From contig CM007991.1 in assembly GCA_002189035.1 (NCBI GenBank), forward strand, positions 992,001-1,056,000: a stretch of 64,000 bases of DNA, written 5' to 3'. Below, piece by piece: positions 10,520-22,900 of this stretch (position 1 is its first letter; each line of letters begins with the position of its first letter). This DNA is from Utricularia gibba (taxonomy: Eukaryota > Plantae > Magnoliophyta). The notes under the pieces were generated by a model. It was not told where the DNA came from and did not search any database. It saw only the letters and a program-made list of their open reading frames with translations. The position numbers were made by a program, and so were the translations under genes.

Positions 10520-13500
10520 ATGCCGGCCAACGGAGGGAAAAAGTTTCAGAAAACCTACTTCGACGTACTGGGCCTCTGCTGCACCTCCGAGGTTCCGGTC
10601 ATCGAGCGGATTCTGACGTCGCTCGAAGGCGTACACGACTTCTCCGTGGTCGTCCCGACGAAAACTGTGGTTGTCGTTCACGACCCGCTTCTCCTTTCTC
10701 CGGCCGAAATAGGTATGCAATTTCAGCTTTCATGTCAAAGCTTCTTTGTTCTGTGGGTGCGACTGCTATACCTTTAGGAAAGGCGGGAGGGGAAAGGTGG
10801 GGTTTTGGGAAAGCTGGTTAGGATTACGTTGGTGAATCTTTTTAAATCTTTTTCCGGGTTGCTGCCGTGTACGGCGGTTTCTGTTGCATACACGTCAGCA
10901 TACGTTTGTTCCGGCGTGGGTGTCTGCTGAATCACGTTTTCAAAGATTTTATTTTATATTTCAGAATTAAAATATAATTGTTTATGGCTCATATACCTTG
11001 TAATATATTTATTTTATTTGAAGACAAGTTTTTTTATAAAACCTTCGGTTTTAATAAATTATGTTTAGTAATCAATTTTATATATCATTTTTTTCACTAT
11101 AATTTAAAATTGGATTTTGACTAAGTTTGTGTATATATTATTCTAAAGAATGATATACTTAAATTTATTATATAGTTATTTGTATAGTAGTTTAGATTAT
11201 TTTAAATTAGTATTTTTAAAATAAAATCAGTAAAGTTGGAAAAAAAAATGTTCATTTAATTTATACTATAAAGGATTAGAATTTTGTATCAATCACAATT
11301 TAAAATCAATATTTCAATTTTATTTGTTGACCGTTGGTGAGAAAAATTGTTGACTTTCATGTGGGGTTTTGTTGACTTCCGGTTGCAGCAAAAGCTCTGA
11401 ACCAGGCGAGATTGGAGGCAAACATCAGGCCAAAAGGAGCGAGGAGCCACAAGAACAGGCTTCCGAGTCCATACGCATTGGCCTGCGGCGCTCTTCTTCT
11501 ACTCTCATTCCTCAAATACGCTTATCGCCCATTCAGATGGCTGACGATCGGCGCAATCGCAGTCGGCATCATTCCGGTGCTGTTCAAGGCAGTTTCTGCG
11601 ATTCGCAATCTCACAATCGAAATCAACATTCTCATTCTCATAGCGGTTGGAGGTTCGATTGCACTGGAGGATTACTGGGAAGCGGCCACCATTGTTTTCT
11701 TGTTCACAATCGCTGAATGGCTCGAATCCAGCGCCAGCCATAAGGTCTGAAATTGAATTCAGGCTTTTGCGTCGATTTAGGGTTTCGGTTTTCTTGTAAT
11801 CGCTGTTATGGAACAGGCAACAGCTGCAATGTCGTCACTGATCGACGTTGTGCCTCAGAGAGCGGTTATAGCTGAAACAGGGGAGGAAATCAATGCTGAT
11901 GAAGTGAAGTTGAACACAGTTCTAGCTGTGAAAGCTGGGGAAGCGATTCCAATTGATGGGGTTGTTGTTGACGGAACTTGTGAGGTTGATGAAAAGTTCT
12001 TGACCGGCGAATCCTTCCCCATAGCGAAGACCAGGGATTCTCCGGTTTGGGCGAGCACAATCAATCTCAATGGTAAGTATCTCCACTGCAACATCACGAA
12101 ATTAATTTAATAATGAGTACTTCACGAAGTTCTGGTTACTGTCTCATCTTATTATGCGCACACTTTTCAGGTTACGTAACAATTCGAACAACAGCGGTAG
12201 CCGAGGATTGTGTTGTTGCCCGGATGGCGAAACTTGTGGAAGAATCACAGAACAAGAAATCTAAGGTCCAGAGGTTCATGGACAAGTGTGCTAAGTACTA
12301 CACTCCTAGTGAGTAGCGCAATATCGTATTCTTTCATTAATTCTTATCGGCATATTAGAATTGCACAACATTTTCGACTTACGGCATTAAAAAAAAATGC
12401 AGCAATCGTCCTGATATCGGCAGCAGTGGCTTTAGTGCCTGTGATTTTCCATCTTCATAATAAGAGGAAGCTTTTTCATTTGGCCCTGGTTATTCTAGTG
12501 AGTGCATGTCCATGCCCACTTCTTCTTTCCACTCCAGTCGCAATGTTCTGTGCCCTATCAGAAGCTGCAAGACTTGGGATTCTGTTCAAAGGAGCTGAAC
12601 ATGTTGAGACTCTGGCAAAGATCAAGATCATTGGATTCGACAAAACGGGAACCATAACGAAAGGGGAATTTCATGTTTCGGATTTCAGTTGTTTACTGGA
12701 TGATATCACAGTAACTGAGCTTCTACATTGGTACTATTTGCATTCAAGTTCTCTTGATTTTTCTTGCCAAACCTCTAGCTGAACAATGTGTGGTTTATTA
12801 TCCAGGATTTGTAGCATGGAGAGCAAATCAAGCCATCCCATGGCTGCTGCGCTGGTGGATTATGGTCGTGAACACAATGTTCAGTCACTCCCTGATAGCG
12901 TGACTGATTTTCAATCTTATCCTGGTGAAGGGATCTCTGGCCAGATTGACGGTAGATATCTATTTGTTGGAAATCGAAAAATTGCATCAAGAGCACGGTT
13001 CACAGGAGGTAAACAGTTTTTTGGTCTCACTTGTTTCTTCTTTGAAGTCTGGTATTACGTCAAATTTCATAACCCCAATATCATATAAAAATCAGTTCTT
13101 TATGACTGAAATGGAGTGGGCAAGGAATTTACGGTGCATGATGATTATTATAGGCTCTTTAGACGGTTATGGTAGAGAAGGCATGTCAACTGGCTACGTT
13201 TTCATTGGTTCATCTCTCGCTGGAATATTCCACCTAACGGATTCTTGTAGAAGCGGAGCAATGGAAGCTCTGAGGGAACTGAAATCAAACAAGATCAAAA
13301 CTGTAATGCTCACTGGAGATTCAAAAGCGGCAGCTGATTACATTCAGGCTCAGCTAGGAGGAATTCTAGACAATGTTCATGCTGAACTTCTACCTACAGA
13401 CAAGGAACATATCGTGAAAGAGCTTCAAGTGGAGGGCAGGACGGCAATGATTGGGGACGGTGTCAATGATGCTCCAGCTTTGGCTGCAGCAGATATCGGG

Positions 13501-14987
13501 ATATCAATGGGAGTCTCCGGCTCTGCCCTTGCAACAGAAACCGGTGATGTGATTCTTATGACGAATGACATTGGGAGAATTCCAAAAGGTATTAAGCTAG
13601 CGAAGAGTACTCGGAGAAAGATCATTGAGAATGTGATTCTATCCTTTTTGACTAAAGGGGCGGTTCTAGTATTGGCCATCGCGGGCCATCCGCTAGTTTG
13701 GGCAGCAGTGCTTGCCGATGTTGGGACATGCTTGTTGGTTATCTTCAACAGCATGTTACTTCTGAAAGGAAATTTTCATTGCAATTATCCTCGCCGTGGA
13801 CATAAATGCACAAAGCCCCCTGGTTGTTCCCCTAATGGGAAAACATGTTGCTCTAGGAATCAACCGGCAAACAGAGGATGTTGTCCACTTGAGTCTCATG
13901 TTCCGGCTAAAAAATGTAGCAGTAGAGGCGGTTGTTGTGCAGATTGGGAGTTAGAGAAGAAGTGTTGTAATCTCAAATCATCCTCCGGCCACACCCATGG
14001 CGGAAAAGTGTGTTGCTCTGAAGATAGACCTGAAAACAAAGCATTTCTTCCGCCAGAGCCTCATCTTCCTGCCAAAAAGTGTAATGACGGAGGCGGTTGT
14101 TGTGGGGGCTTGGAACCAGAGAAGCAGTGTTGTCATCCCAAATCATCCTCCCATCACTCCCATGGTGGAAAATCGTGTTGCTCCGAAGGCCATGCAGAAA
14201 ACAGTGCCTGTCACCCGCCAAAGTCTCATCTTCCTGCCAAAAACTGTGGCGATGGAGGCGATTGCTGTGCAGACTTGGAATCACAGAAGAAGTGCTGCAA
14301 TACCATATCATCTTGCGGCCCCTCCAATGGAGAAAAGCTGCCTTGCCATGAAGATCAACCTGTAAACAAAGTATTTCTTCCCCCAGAGTGCCATCTTCCT
14401 CCCAAAAAGTGCAGTGATGGAGGCGGTTGTTGTGCAGACTTGGAATCACAGAAGTGCTGCAATACCATATCACCTTCCAGCCCCTCCCATGGTGAAAAGC
14501 TGCCTTGCCATGAAGATCAACCTATAAACAAAGTATATGTTCCCCAGAGTGCCATCTTCCTCCCAAAAAGTGCAGTGATGGAGGCGGTTGTTGTGCGGAC
14601 TTGGAATCACAGAAGAAGTGCTGTGATCCCAAATCATCGGCTGGCCAAGCCGCAGAAGATGCAGACTGCGCCCGTCGTCCTCACGGCCACCGTGAAGGAC
14701 ATTCTCACGAAAGGAAAACTGATAAAAGCCTCCAACCACCGGGTAAGTGCTGTCCCACTAAATCCTCCTCCTCCTGTCATCACAAGCACGGCGGAGGTGA
14801 ACAACATAGCTCCCCCCATTGCCACGCCACTGGAGATGGAAAACATTCCGATCATGACCACGGTCACCAGCACGGCGATCCGCCGTTGGCGGTGAATCAG
14901 CAACACGATTGCTGCTCAAGCCATGATCATGAAAATCTTCAAACTGTGCGAAGCGAGATACACAAGAGTAGCTGCATCCATTATTAG
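10520..14987 (+). CDS. HMA2: P1B-2 heavy-metal (Zn/Cd) ATPase, HMA2/HMA4-like, with a long Cys/His-rich C-terminal tail
   Basis: N-terminal metal-binding domain [15 protein letters not shown]6 [12 protein letters not shown] phosphorylation site, SSHP, TGD and GDGVNDAP. Seven coding exons (exon 1 10520-10712, exon 2 from 11389). The tail continues to TAG at 14987 once one C is restored at 14542-14545. Assignment to HMA2 versus HMA4 is not resolved. Confidence 0.93.
13831..14651 (+). repeat. Five tandem ~165-bp coding repeats (55-aa Cys/His-rich unit) in the HMA tail
   Basis: Unit starts at 13831, 13996, 14161, 14326 and 14488 (spacings 165, 165, 165, 162). Consensus approx. HGGK.CC.E..P.NK...[28 protein letters not shown]... 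Confidence 0.95.
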
Positions 14988-15056
14988 GAATAGCCTGATT
15001 TGGTTGGTATCCTTGACTTTGGTAATTTATGATCCATATTCCAAATTAAAAAAAAC

Positions 15057-15080
15057 ATATATATATATATATATATATAT
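15057..15080. repeat. (AT)12 microsatellite
   Basis: Perfect AT run just 3' of the HMA stop codon. Confidence 0.95.
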
Positions 15081-15565
15081 TAGTATTTTTTTGAAAATCG
15101 ATTTATAGGCATCTGGATCAGAATTATTATTAATATAACAGATACTTAAGCCAAGCGTTACACAAAAGCGATAGGTGAAAACTGTAAAAATATTATTTGG
15201 TTGAAGATTTACTGCGGTGAAAAAAAAAATATATTGAATTAAATGACGACAATGGGGTCCCATTAAGCGTATCTTCAAGATATGGGGGGCCCAAGGGAAA
15301 AAGGTTTGGAGGGAAAGGGAAGCAGCACAGCTGGAAGTTGTGTCGGTATTTTGTTTTTGTTTTTTTAATCACCACAATAAAAAGAAAAAGAAAAAGAAAA
15401 GATGATGACGTGGCGATTAGGCGATGCTGGTTTTGGAAAGTTGACCTGACAATATAATATTTAATTCCCAAAAATGCACAATAAAATCTCCATCCCGTGT
15501 TCCATTTCCAGCAATGGGAGGCGCCTTCTCCCTCCAAGTATTAGACGGGGAGAGGCTTGCATGCG

Positions 15566-15674
15566 GAGGAGGAGAGCGGATTGCAGCCAAGGATGATTTG
15601 CCGGCATCCCGCAGCTGCCGGCGGCGCCCTGCGTGCCCGGCAAGTTGTCCTTGGCTATAACTCGCTCTTCTCTC
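15566..15674 (+). ncRNA. MIR169: MIR169 precursor hairpin
   Basis: Mature arm CAGCCAAGGATGATTTGCCGG (15584-15604) differs by 1 nt from miR169b/c CAGCCAAGGATGACTTGCCGG. Star arm GGCAAGTTGTCCTTGGCTATA at 15639-15659. The lower stem GAGGAGAGCGG pairs with CTCGCTCTTCTC. Confidence 0.93.
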
Positions 15675-16655
15675 ATCATGCCAGCCTCTCTCTGCCGCCG
15701 ACCATCGGAAACGCTGCACTGCATTGCCATTCAGATCCGGATGAACCCCAAACTCGATCCAATCTCGTTTCGCAGGAATGCACTATTACATCATTCAGAA
15801 CAATGAAACTGTTAGTCATCCCAATGCACTAATCCACCCTGCCGGAAACTTCCCAGACCGTCGTCGGCTCGGCCACCAGCGACGATGCAATGGGATTCCG
15901 TGTACATATAGATAGGTACACACACCAGGCCCTGGTTACATTGCTTCTTTTTTTAATACGCAAATGGGAGGATTGGGATCTGACTCGACAGCCTGGAGGA
16001 GAAGCTATCCGCTGTTCTTGCCATCTTCCCCCTGCCTGTCCTCACTACTTTTCATCTCATTTTTTGGTGCTATTCGTTATGTGCTGATTATATCACTCAC
16101 AGTAGTTTTAGGGTTTTTTTTTCGTGATCACATACTTATTTTCGGGAATTAAATAAATATCCAATTTAAATTGTCGGAACAACAGACGCAGACCAAGTGG
16201 AGGAGGCGAGCTGTTTCTGGCGAGCATCACATGAACTCAGACCCCTGCCTATATTTTATTTGCACCTTTCAAATATTTATTTGCCTTTTTTTTATTTTAG
16301 TGCGTATCATTGACAGAAGGAAAGTTATATGAGTTAACATCTCCCGATGCTATGTGAATACATAGCACGCTTTAAGTATAAAATATTTTATAAAATTTTA
16401 ATTTAATTAAAATTAGTTCACACATAAAAAAAATACTAATTCACCTATTCAAAAATTTAAAATTCATATGTAAATTGATACTCTTGCTATTGCATTCAAA
16501 TTTTCAACATCATTTTCATCATTATAATAATCAAATTGTAATATCATAGTTACCAAAATTATAAAGAATAAGATATTATTAGTATTTTCAGTAAATTAAC
16601 TGTTTTTCTTTGTCTGCTTAATATTATTTTCAGCATTTTATATATGTATATATAT

Positions 16656-16747
16656 AAAAAAAAAGCAATTTGAAACCAAAACGGATCGAACTTGGGATCC
16701 TTGTCATTCTAGGGGGAATATTGCCAAATAGGCTAATGCATTGAGCC
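16656..16747 (-). mobile_element. Possible tRNA-derived SINE or tRNA-like relic
   Basis: Minus strand: A-box-like TAGCCTATTTGG (16735-16724), B-box-like GTTCGATCC (16691-16683) about 32 nt later, then a T9 run (16664-16656). No complete cloverleaf can be drawn. Confidence 0.35.
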
Positions 16748-16908
16748 AATGAAATTAATGACAAGTTTAGTGATGTCGAACGCAAGTAATCACACCACAC
16801 CTAAATTATTCCGCCACGCGATTTCTTAGTAAAAAGTTTCCAAGAGATTTAGTGGTTTGGTTAAAAGCTACCTACACATCTGTGATGTTAGTTCGGGGTT
16901 GCTTTTGG

Positions 16909-19900
16909 CTATTCTGCACCTGGATCCTCGTTTCGTTCTCCACCTGGAAAACGCAGATAGTTGGATTTATGAGGTGGAGGTGGAGATGCCAAGTAGGGAA
17001 CTATTTTACCTCTCCTCCCGCAGCGACACACATTGAAGAATTCTCCTAGAGGTCGCTGAGGGACTGGGATCAGCTTGCCGATGGCGGCCAGGGGCCAGCT
17101 GTGTGGAGAAGATGAAGAACGAGGATATAAACAGTGCACCTGATATAAACAGTGCAATGCGGGGATGATATAAACAGTGCACCTGATAGCACCGATGATA
17201 AGGGAGACGAGCCACAGCTGCCAGCTGAGGCGAACCGTTGTGGCGAACTTCCCGAGAAAGAAGATGATCATAACCTGTGCAGGAGTTGAAAAAGGAAGGC
17301 AAAATGTGGCGCAGAGTGAGGATCGCAACAAAGACAGCGCTGCTGCTGCTACTTGTATTAAAACAGCAGAACAATACCTGAAGCACCACTTCCAGTCCCA
17401 CTATTGCCATGAAGAGATGGTTTTTAGTGACTCCCTTGAAAACATTGATTTCATCCGGCTTGCGAGCGTTAAATTCGTTGAACACCTATCATGGAGACAC
17501 ACCATATATGACCGTTGAAGAAGGTCAAATAGAAGAGCACAGAATAAGGTTTGCTGGGAATCAAGGATGTCCAATAGGAGTTTTGCCTATGGGGGCTTAC
17601 CTGACAGAACACAAATGCATTGAATATCAAAGTGTTCCTCACTAGAAAGGCATGATCAATAGAATGGTGCTGCAGATGCAAGATCCTTATTCCCGCGAAA
17701 TTGAGGACTAGCAGAATTGCCACTTGATAGACAGCCTAAAAATAAGAGTTAGTGTCAACCATTCGGATCAATAGGAAGAACAATGAGCATTATAACACGT
17801 CAAAAAAACCAGAATAATCAACACCTGTATTATCAAATTCCTCCACATGATATTGGTTATAAGGGGCTCCCTGTACCAGACAAAGAATTCTGGGTCAGCA
17901 CTAGATGGGTATTCAAACAAACAACAAAACGCATGGAGGTCCCCCTGTAAATTTGAACCACCAAAATAAAATGCAAGCTAATGCTACCTTCTACCAACTG
18001 GTGGCCTCTGCATGAGACGATCTGTAGGTGGCTCTGTTGCTAGTGCTAGAGCTCCTAGAGTGTCCATAATTAGATTCACCCAGAGAAGCTGTGGAGACCC
18101 CAAATTTAATTAGTCTTTCGGAAATGGATTAGTTCATCATTTTTTGAGAGAAAGAAATTATTAAATTGAAAGAAAGAAAGGGCATACCTGCACTGCGTTT
18201 AGAGGAACATCGCCGGCAGAAATGGCTGCAACAACATTGATAACTAAAGCAGCAACATTGACTGTCAGCTGAAACTGTATAAATTTCTGAATATTTGCAT
18301 AAACAGATCTACCCCATCGCACAACCTACATTCACAAGAATCAAACCAGTGGACTAGGGGTTGAAGGAGGGGAAGCTTTCTAAGCATGAAAGAGCAGTTA
18401 AATATGCAGACTGCAAACCTTCACAACTGAAGAAAAATTGTCATCCAATATAATAATATCTGCACTCTCTTTTGCAACCTCGGTGCCTTGAATACCCATA
18501 GCCAAACCAATATCAGCCTACATACATAGCAGAATGGGCATATGAGAAAAAATAGTGATAACCCAAATGAAGAGGGTAGATTTAAAAAAACGCATTACTT
18601 ATTTTTTCCTGGCAGGACAAACATGTAATTTCAGCATACAAAGATGATATAACAAGTCTTTTAGGCGGAAAGCTGATACTAATATATCATTCCAAGTAAT
18701 AAAAGCCAACCATCACGCAAATAAAATTCCTATTTAAGTTAAACATATCAAAATCCTAAAACATTGACGAGAGCACGCCACAGAAGTGATGTTGCAAGAT
18801 CCATAAAGTGGACAATGAAAACAAAATAAGGAAACAAAACTCACATTTTTCTTATCAAAGACAAAAAAAAAAAAGAAACAAAAAAAATGTAGCGTTTCAA
18901 TTTGAGTACAAAAGAAAAGGGAACCTGCATATCTATAATTCTGGTTAATCTAATTCCGACGGAAATCTAAAACAACATATGTGGTCAAAATTGAAAAAAG
19001 TATACAACATTCTCGAACAAACATTTTGACACAAATCAAGAGAATACAAACCTCGTGAAGTGCAGGAGCATCATTAGTACCATCTCCAGTCACTGCGACC
19101 ACATGCCCTCTCTTCCTTAGAGCCTGTACAAGCAGTAGCTTATCATTGGGCGAAGATCTACCCATCACCTGTCACATAAAAAGGTGTTTCCACTATTCAG
19201 CAACTAGAACAAACAGTAAATGTAAAATAAATATTCAACTCCTACCGAAATCTTTTCAGCCACTTCTAGCCTCTGTGCCTCGGACATATTCCGAAATGTC
19301 TTCCCTTCAATAAGATTGGGCTCAGTAGCATCTGCATCTGACTCTAATATCCCGCATTCAAGTGCTATTGCTCTAGCTGTTTGAACATTGTCTCCAGTAA
19401 CCATGCGCACCTAAATGATTTTTAAACTCCATCATCATCAGACAAACCACACACAACTATTTCATATTCAAGATCAGGAAGCCAAAGATTGGAGGAGAAA
19501 AATTGAAGTGCCACTCAAATTGAATAAAGAAAAACCTTGACACCAGCACTCGTGCATAACTGGACTGCATCCCTTACTCCAGGTCGACAAGGATCCTATG
19601 GAAGAATGAATACACATAATTAATGCATTTTACACAGATCATATAATATGTTAAGAAGAGCGAATAAGCACCTTGATACCAACAATAGCAAGCAAAATGA
19701 GATCCTCCTCGGGTAAAGCCCAATCCTCAAGCTCCTCATCAGAAGCCGGAACTTCCTCACTTTTGCACGTCGTGTAAGCAAGTGCAACACAACGGAGACT
19801 TCCAGCTGCCATATCTTCTATTGCTTTCTTATAATAGGATAACTGAAAAAAAAAAATTGAAGCTCAACACCTTAGTTAAAGCCATAAGATACATTTACGG

Positions 19901-22900
19901 TAAGGTTTACATGAGGATTAATTCCATCACTTTGAAAGGTAAGTTCTCATAAAGCATCAAAACAAAAGAAACCGGAGATAAGTAACCTTATAGCTGTCCA
20001 TGGTAACAACACTACCAGTTGCATCGAGATAGCTAGAGCAACAAGCAAGAACAATTTCTGCAGCACCTTTCCAGTGAACGTGAAATTCAGAATTTGGCTG
20101 CCAACAAATAATAATCACATCAGGCTACTTAACCCAAAAAAAAAAAACATCAATACTAGGGAAAACAGAAATAATAGAAGTCTGAACGACAGAAACTTGC
20201 TTTTTTTAAGGCCACGCCTCCACGCTTTTTCTCTGAATTAAAGGGAAAGGCATGAAGAATCACCGACTGTGATCTAATATCAGCGAAATCCATCCCAAGC
20301 TAATAACAAATAAGAAAAATCAAGAACAAGAAATGGAGATGCAACGAAATAGGAATATTCAGAAAAATAAAATCAGGAAAATACACTTATTCCCCATTGC
20401 AGAATTGCCTTCTCTGTTGGTGACCCTGAAATCTCCAGAGTATTACCCTATTTTGAAACCACCCATGTACAATTTTAGATAACAAATCGTGTAAAAGAAA
20501 TAAAATTAACCTCAGTGCCAGACAAGCAGTGAACACATAAGTGAACCCATCAATTAAGAGTGGCAAAGTGAGTAACAAACACACAACCCCTGCATTTGAT
20601 ATCTCAAAATAATATTATAATAGAATACAACCTCAGATAAAAAAACGCTTCCGGTGGTGTTCTGTGCAATGCCCTCAACGAGCAAAGATAAAACCCTATG
20701 TGGAAATGCGGACTTGTTATCAGGAGGATGCACCTTCTGTCCACAAGCATATGCCTCAACCACTGTCATCTATTCAGAGTATTGCCAAGGTCAACTAAAA
20801 TACGACTTGCTTTATTACCCCCCCCCCCCCCCCAACAGATACATACACCCAAATGTGGAGTTAGATGGTAACCTGATTCAAAGTTAAAGTTCCAGTTTTG
20901 TCACTGCAAATTGTCGTTGCCGAACCCATTGTCTCACATGCTGATAGTCTTCTAACCTGGTACCCATATAAAAAGATGAAGAGAAATGCATTTTGATTCT
21001 CCTGTTGGGATTAATGCAGTATGCGTACCAATGCCTTATCAACCATCATTTTTTTCATCGAATATGCCAACCTATGACATAATAAATGAAAGAATCAGAG
21101 ATTTCAAATCCCAGAAGAAAATTAATAGGTCGTATGAAATATGTTTACTATAGTCTATTGCATATCAAGCCTGATTATCAGACGTTAAAATAAGAACAAA
21201 CTTACGTTAGTGTAACAGCAAGTGGAAGACCTTCTGGAACAGCAACGACAACTATGGTGACCTGAAAATTTTTCGAAATTATACAAATAAAAAGATGGGA
21301 ACAAAAAAAAAAAGATTAATGAGAAGTCAATACGTACAGCAACTGTGAAAATCCTTATGAAGCTGTTTATTGCATCACCAAATGAAGTCCTTCCAGCCAC
21401 AAACTGAACACTGCCGTCAGCATTTCTAGTGTGTCCTGTGAAAAGCCTGCAAGAATACAAGCTTTACCAATGCAATGGCCTCACCAGATTTAACCCGAAG
21501 AAGATAACCCATTACACCTGCAACTACCTGATAACAAGAACTACTAGAACTATAACAGCCACTGCTAGGCCAACTGTACCAATAAACGTGGCCACACCAT
21601 TTAGACGCACCTAAATAAGCAAACATGTAATTAGGATCAAAATACACCGAGCGTGTTGCAAAGCCACAACCATACCTGCAAAGGTGTTTCTTCACCATTA
21701 TCCTCAGATATACTTGCCATGAGCAGGCCCCACTCCGTGTTGATTCCCACACTCGTGACCTGCATCAAAATCAAGAAACTACTGAATACAAAGTTACATC
21801 CTCTCAATTGGATACAAAAATAAGAAATGTGAACATGTTTACAAACCACAGCCAAGACATGAAAATGCATCTTGAATGAAAAACATCATGCACAAATCCT
21901 ACTGTGAAAAATACCAGGAAACAAAGCAGCGCTGCAACAACTTGGAAGGAACAAGGTGTACATGAACCTTTGACAAGACCATCGATGGGTGAGAGTGAGT
22001 GTCGTAGCACACCATCACAAAGAATGGAAATCAAGCAGAGCTCCCAGACAGTGGACTTGTCATGAGGAGGTCTACTTAGTACGGTTTGTGTGCAACTATA
22101 TTCATTGGGTAAAACCAGTACATGGCTCCGTATGAAGTGATTTCAAGACGTAAAGGTATTGGGGCCTGACTTGATCGCAAGGGAGAAAAGATGATACAAG
22201 TTAGAAAAGAGATTTGGGGAAAAACAGTGATGGAGGTCAGAATACTTCCTGGAAGACGACCAGGTCAACCTGCCATGGTCTCCTCGGATGGAAATGTGTT
22301 GAGGGGAGGAAGTTCTGACACGTTTGGATCAAGTCCCATCTGAGCTAGTTGGGCACAAGAAGCGGTTGGCGAGATAGAAGTCTGGATTGAACTACTTATG
22401 TGTAGGAAAGCAGAAGCGTGGTGAGACTTGAGACAGTTGCGAGATGTGATGTGGTCATGGTATGAGACTAGCAGATGTAAGGAGCACATTCGGTAGTTAT
22501 CGTGGGCTATGGAGTAACAACTTCAAGGAACTAAGTGACATCCACGGTATAGGTGAAGAGGGCAAGGAAGGACCGTAATGGGTGTGACGCTTTGCCTAGT
22601 GCCAGAATGGGTGAGCAGTGGAGGAGATGAATGGAATAAGGAGGTAATAACCATAATACCTAGGGGGCATCAAGTGTTGATCCACACCATAAAAGGAAGT
22701 ATCATAGCAATAAAAGGAAGGCATGTCTACTAATGATAAAATTCTAGTGAATCATAACGATAAATTCAGTAAGCATGAGGGTTATTAAATGAATTCGCCA
22801 AATTAGTGCGCAATCACGAATTTAAACAATACCAGCATGCTTCCATAACCATCAGCAACCTTGCAGCCTGACATAAGAAATGGAGCTCGTATTGGATCCT

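Noticed and set aside
13973-14739. Repetitive ORFs on the minus strand and in alternative frames over the HMA tail
   Set aside because: Shadows of the 165-bp coding repeat. The repeat is not a CRISPR array: there are no unique spacers and the DNA is eukaryotic coding sequence.
15417-15832. ORFs of 89-100 aa at the MIR169 locus
   Set aside because: Explained by the GC-rich miRNA hairpin; no coding signature.
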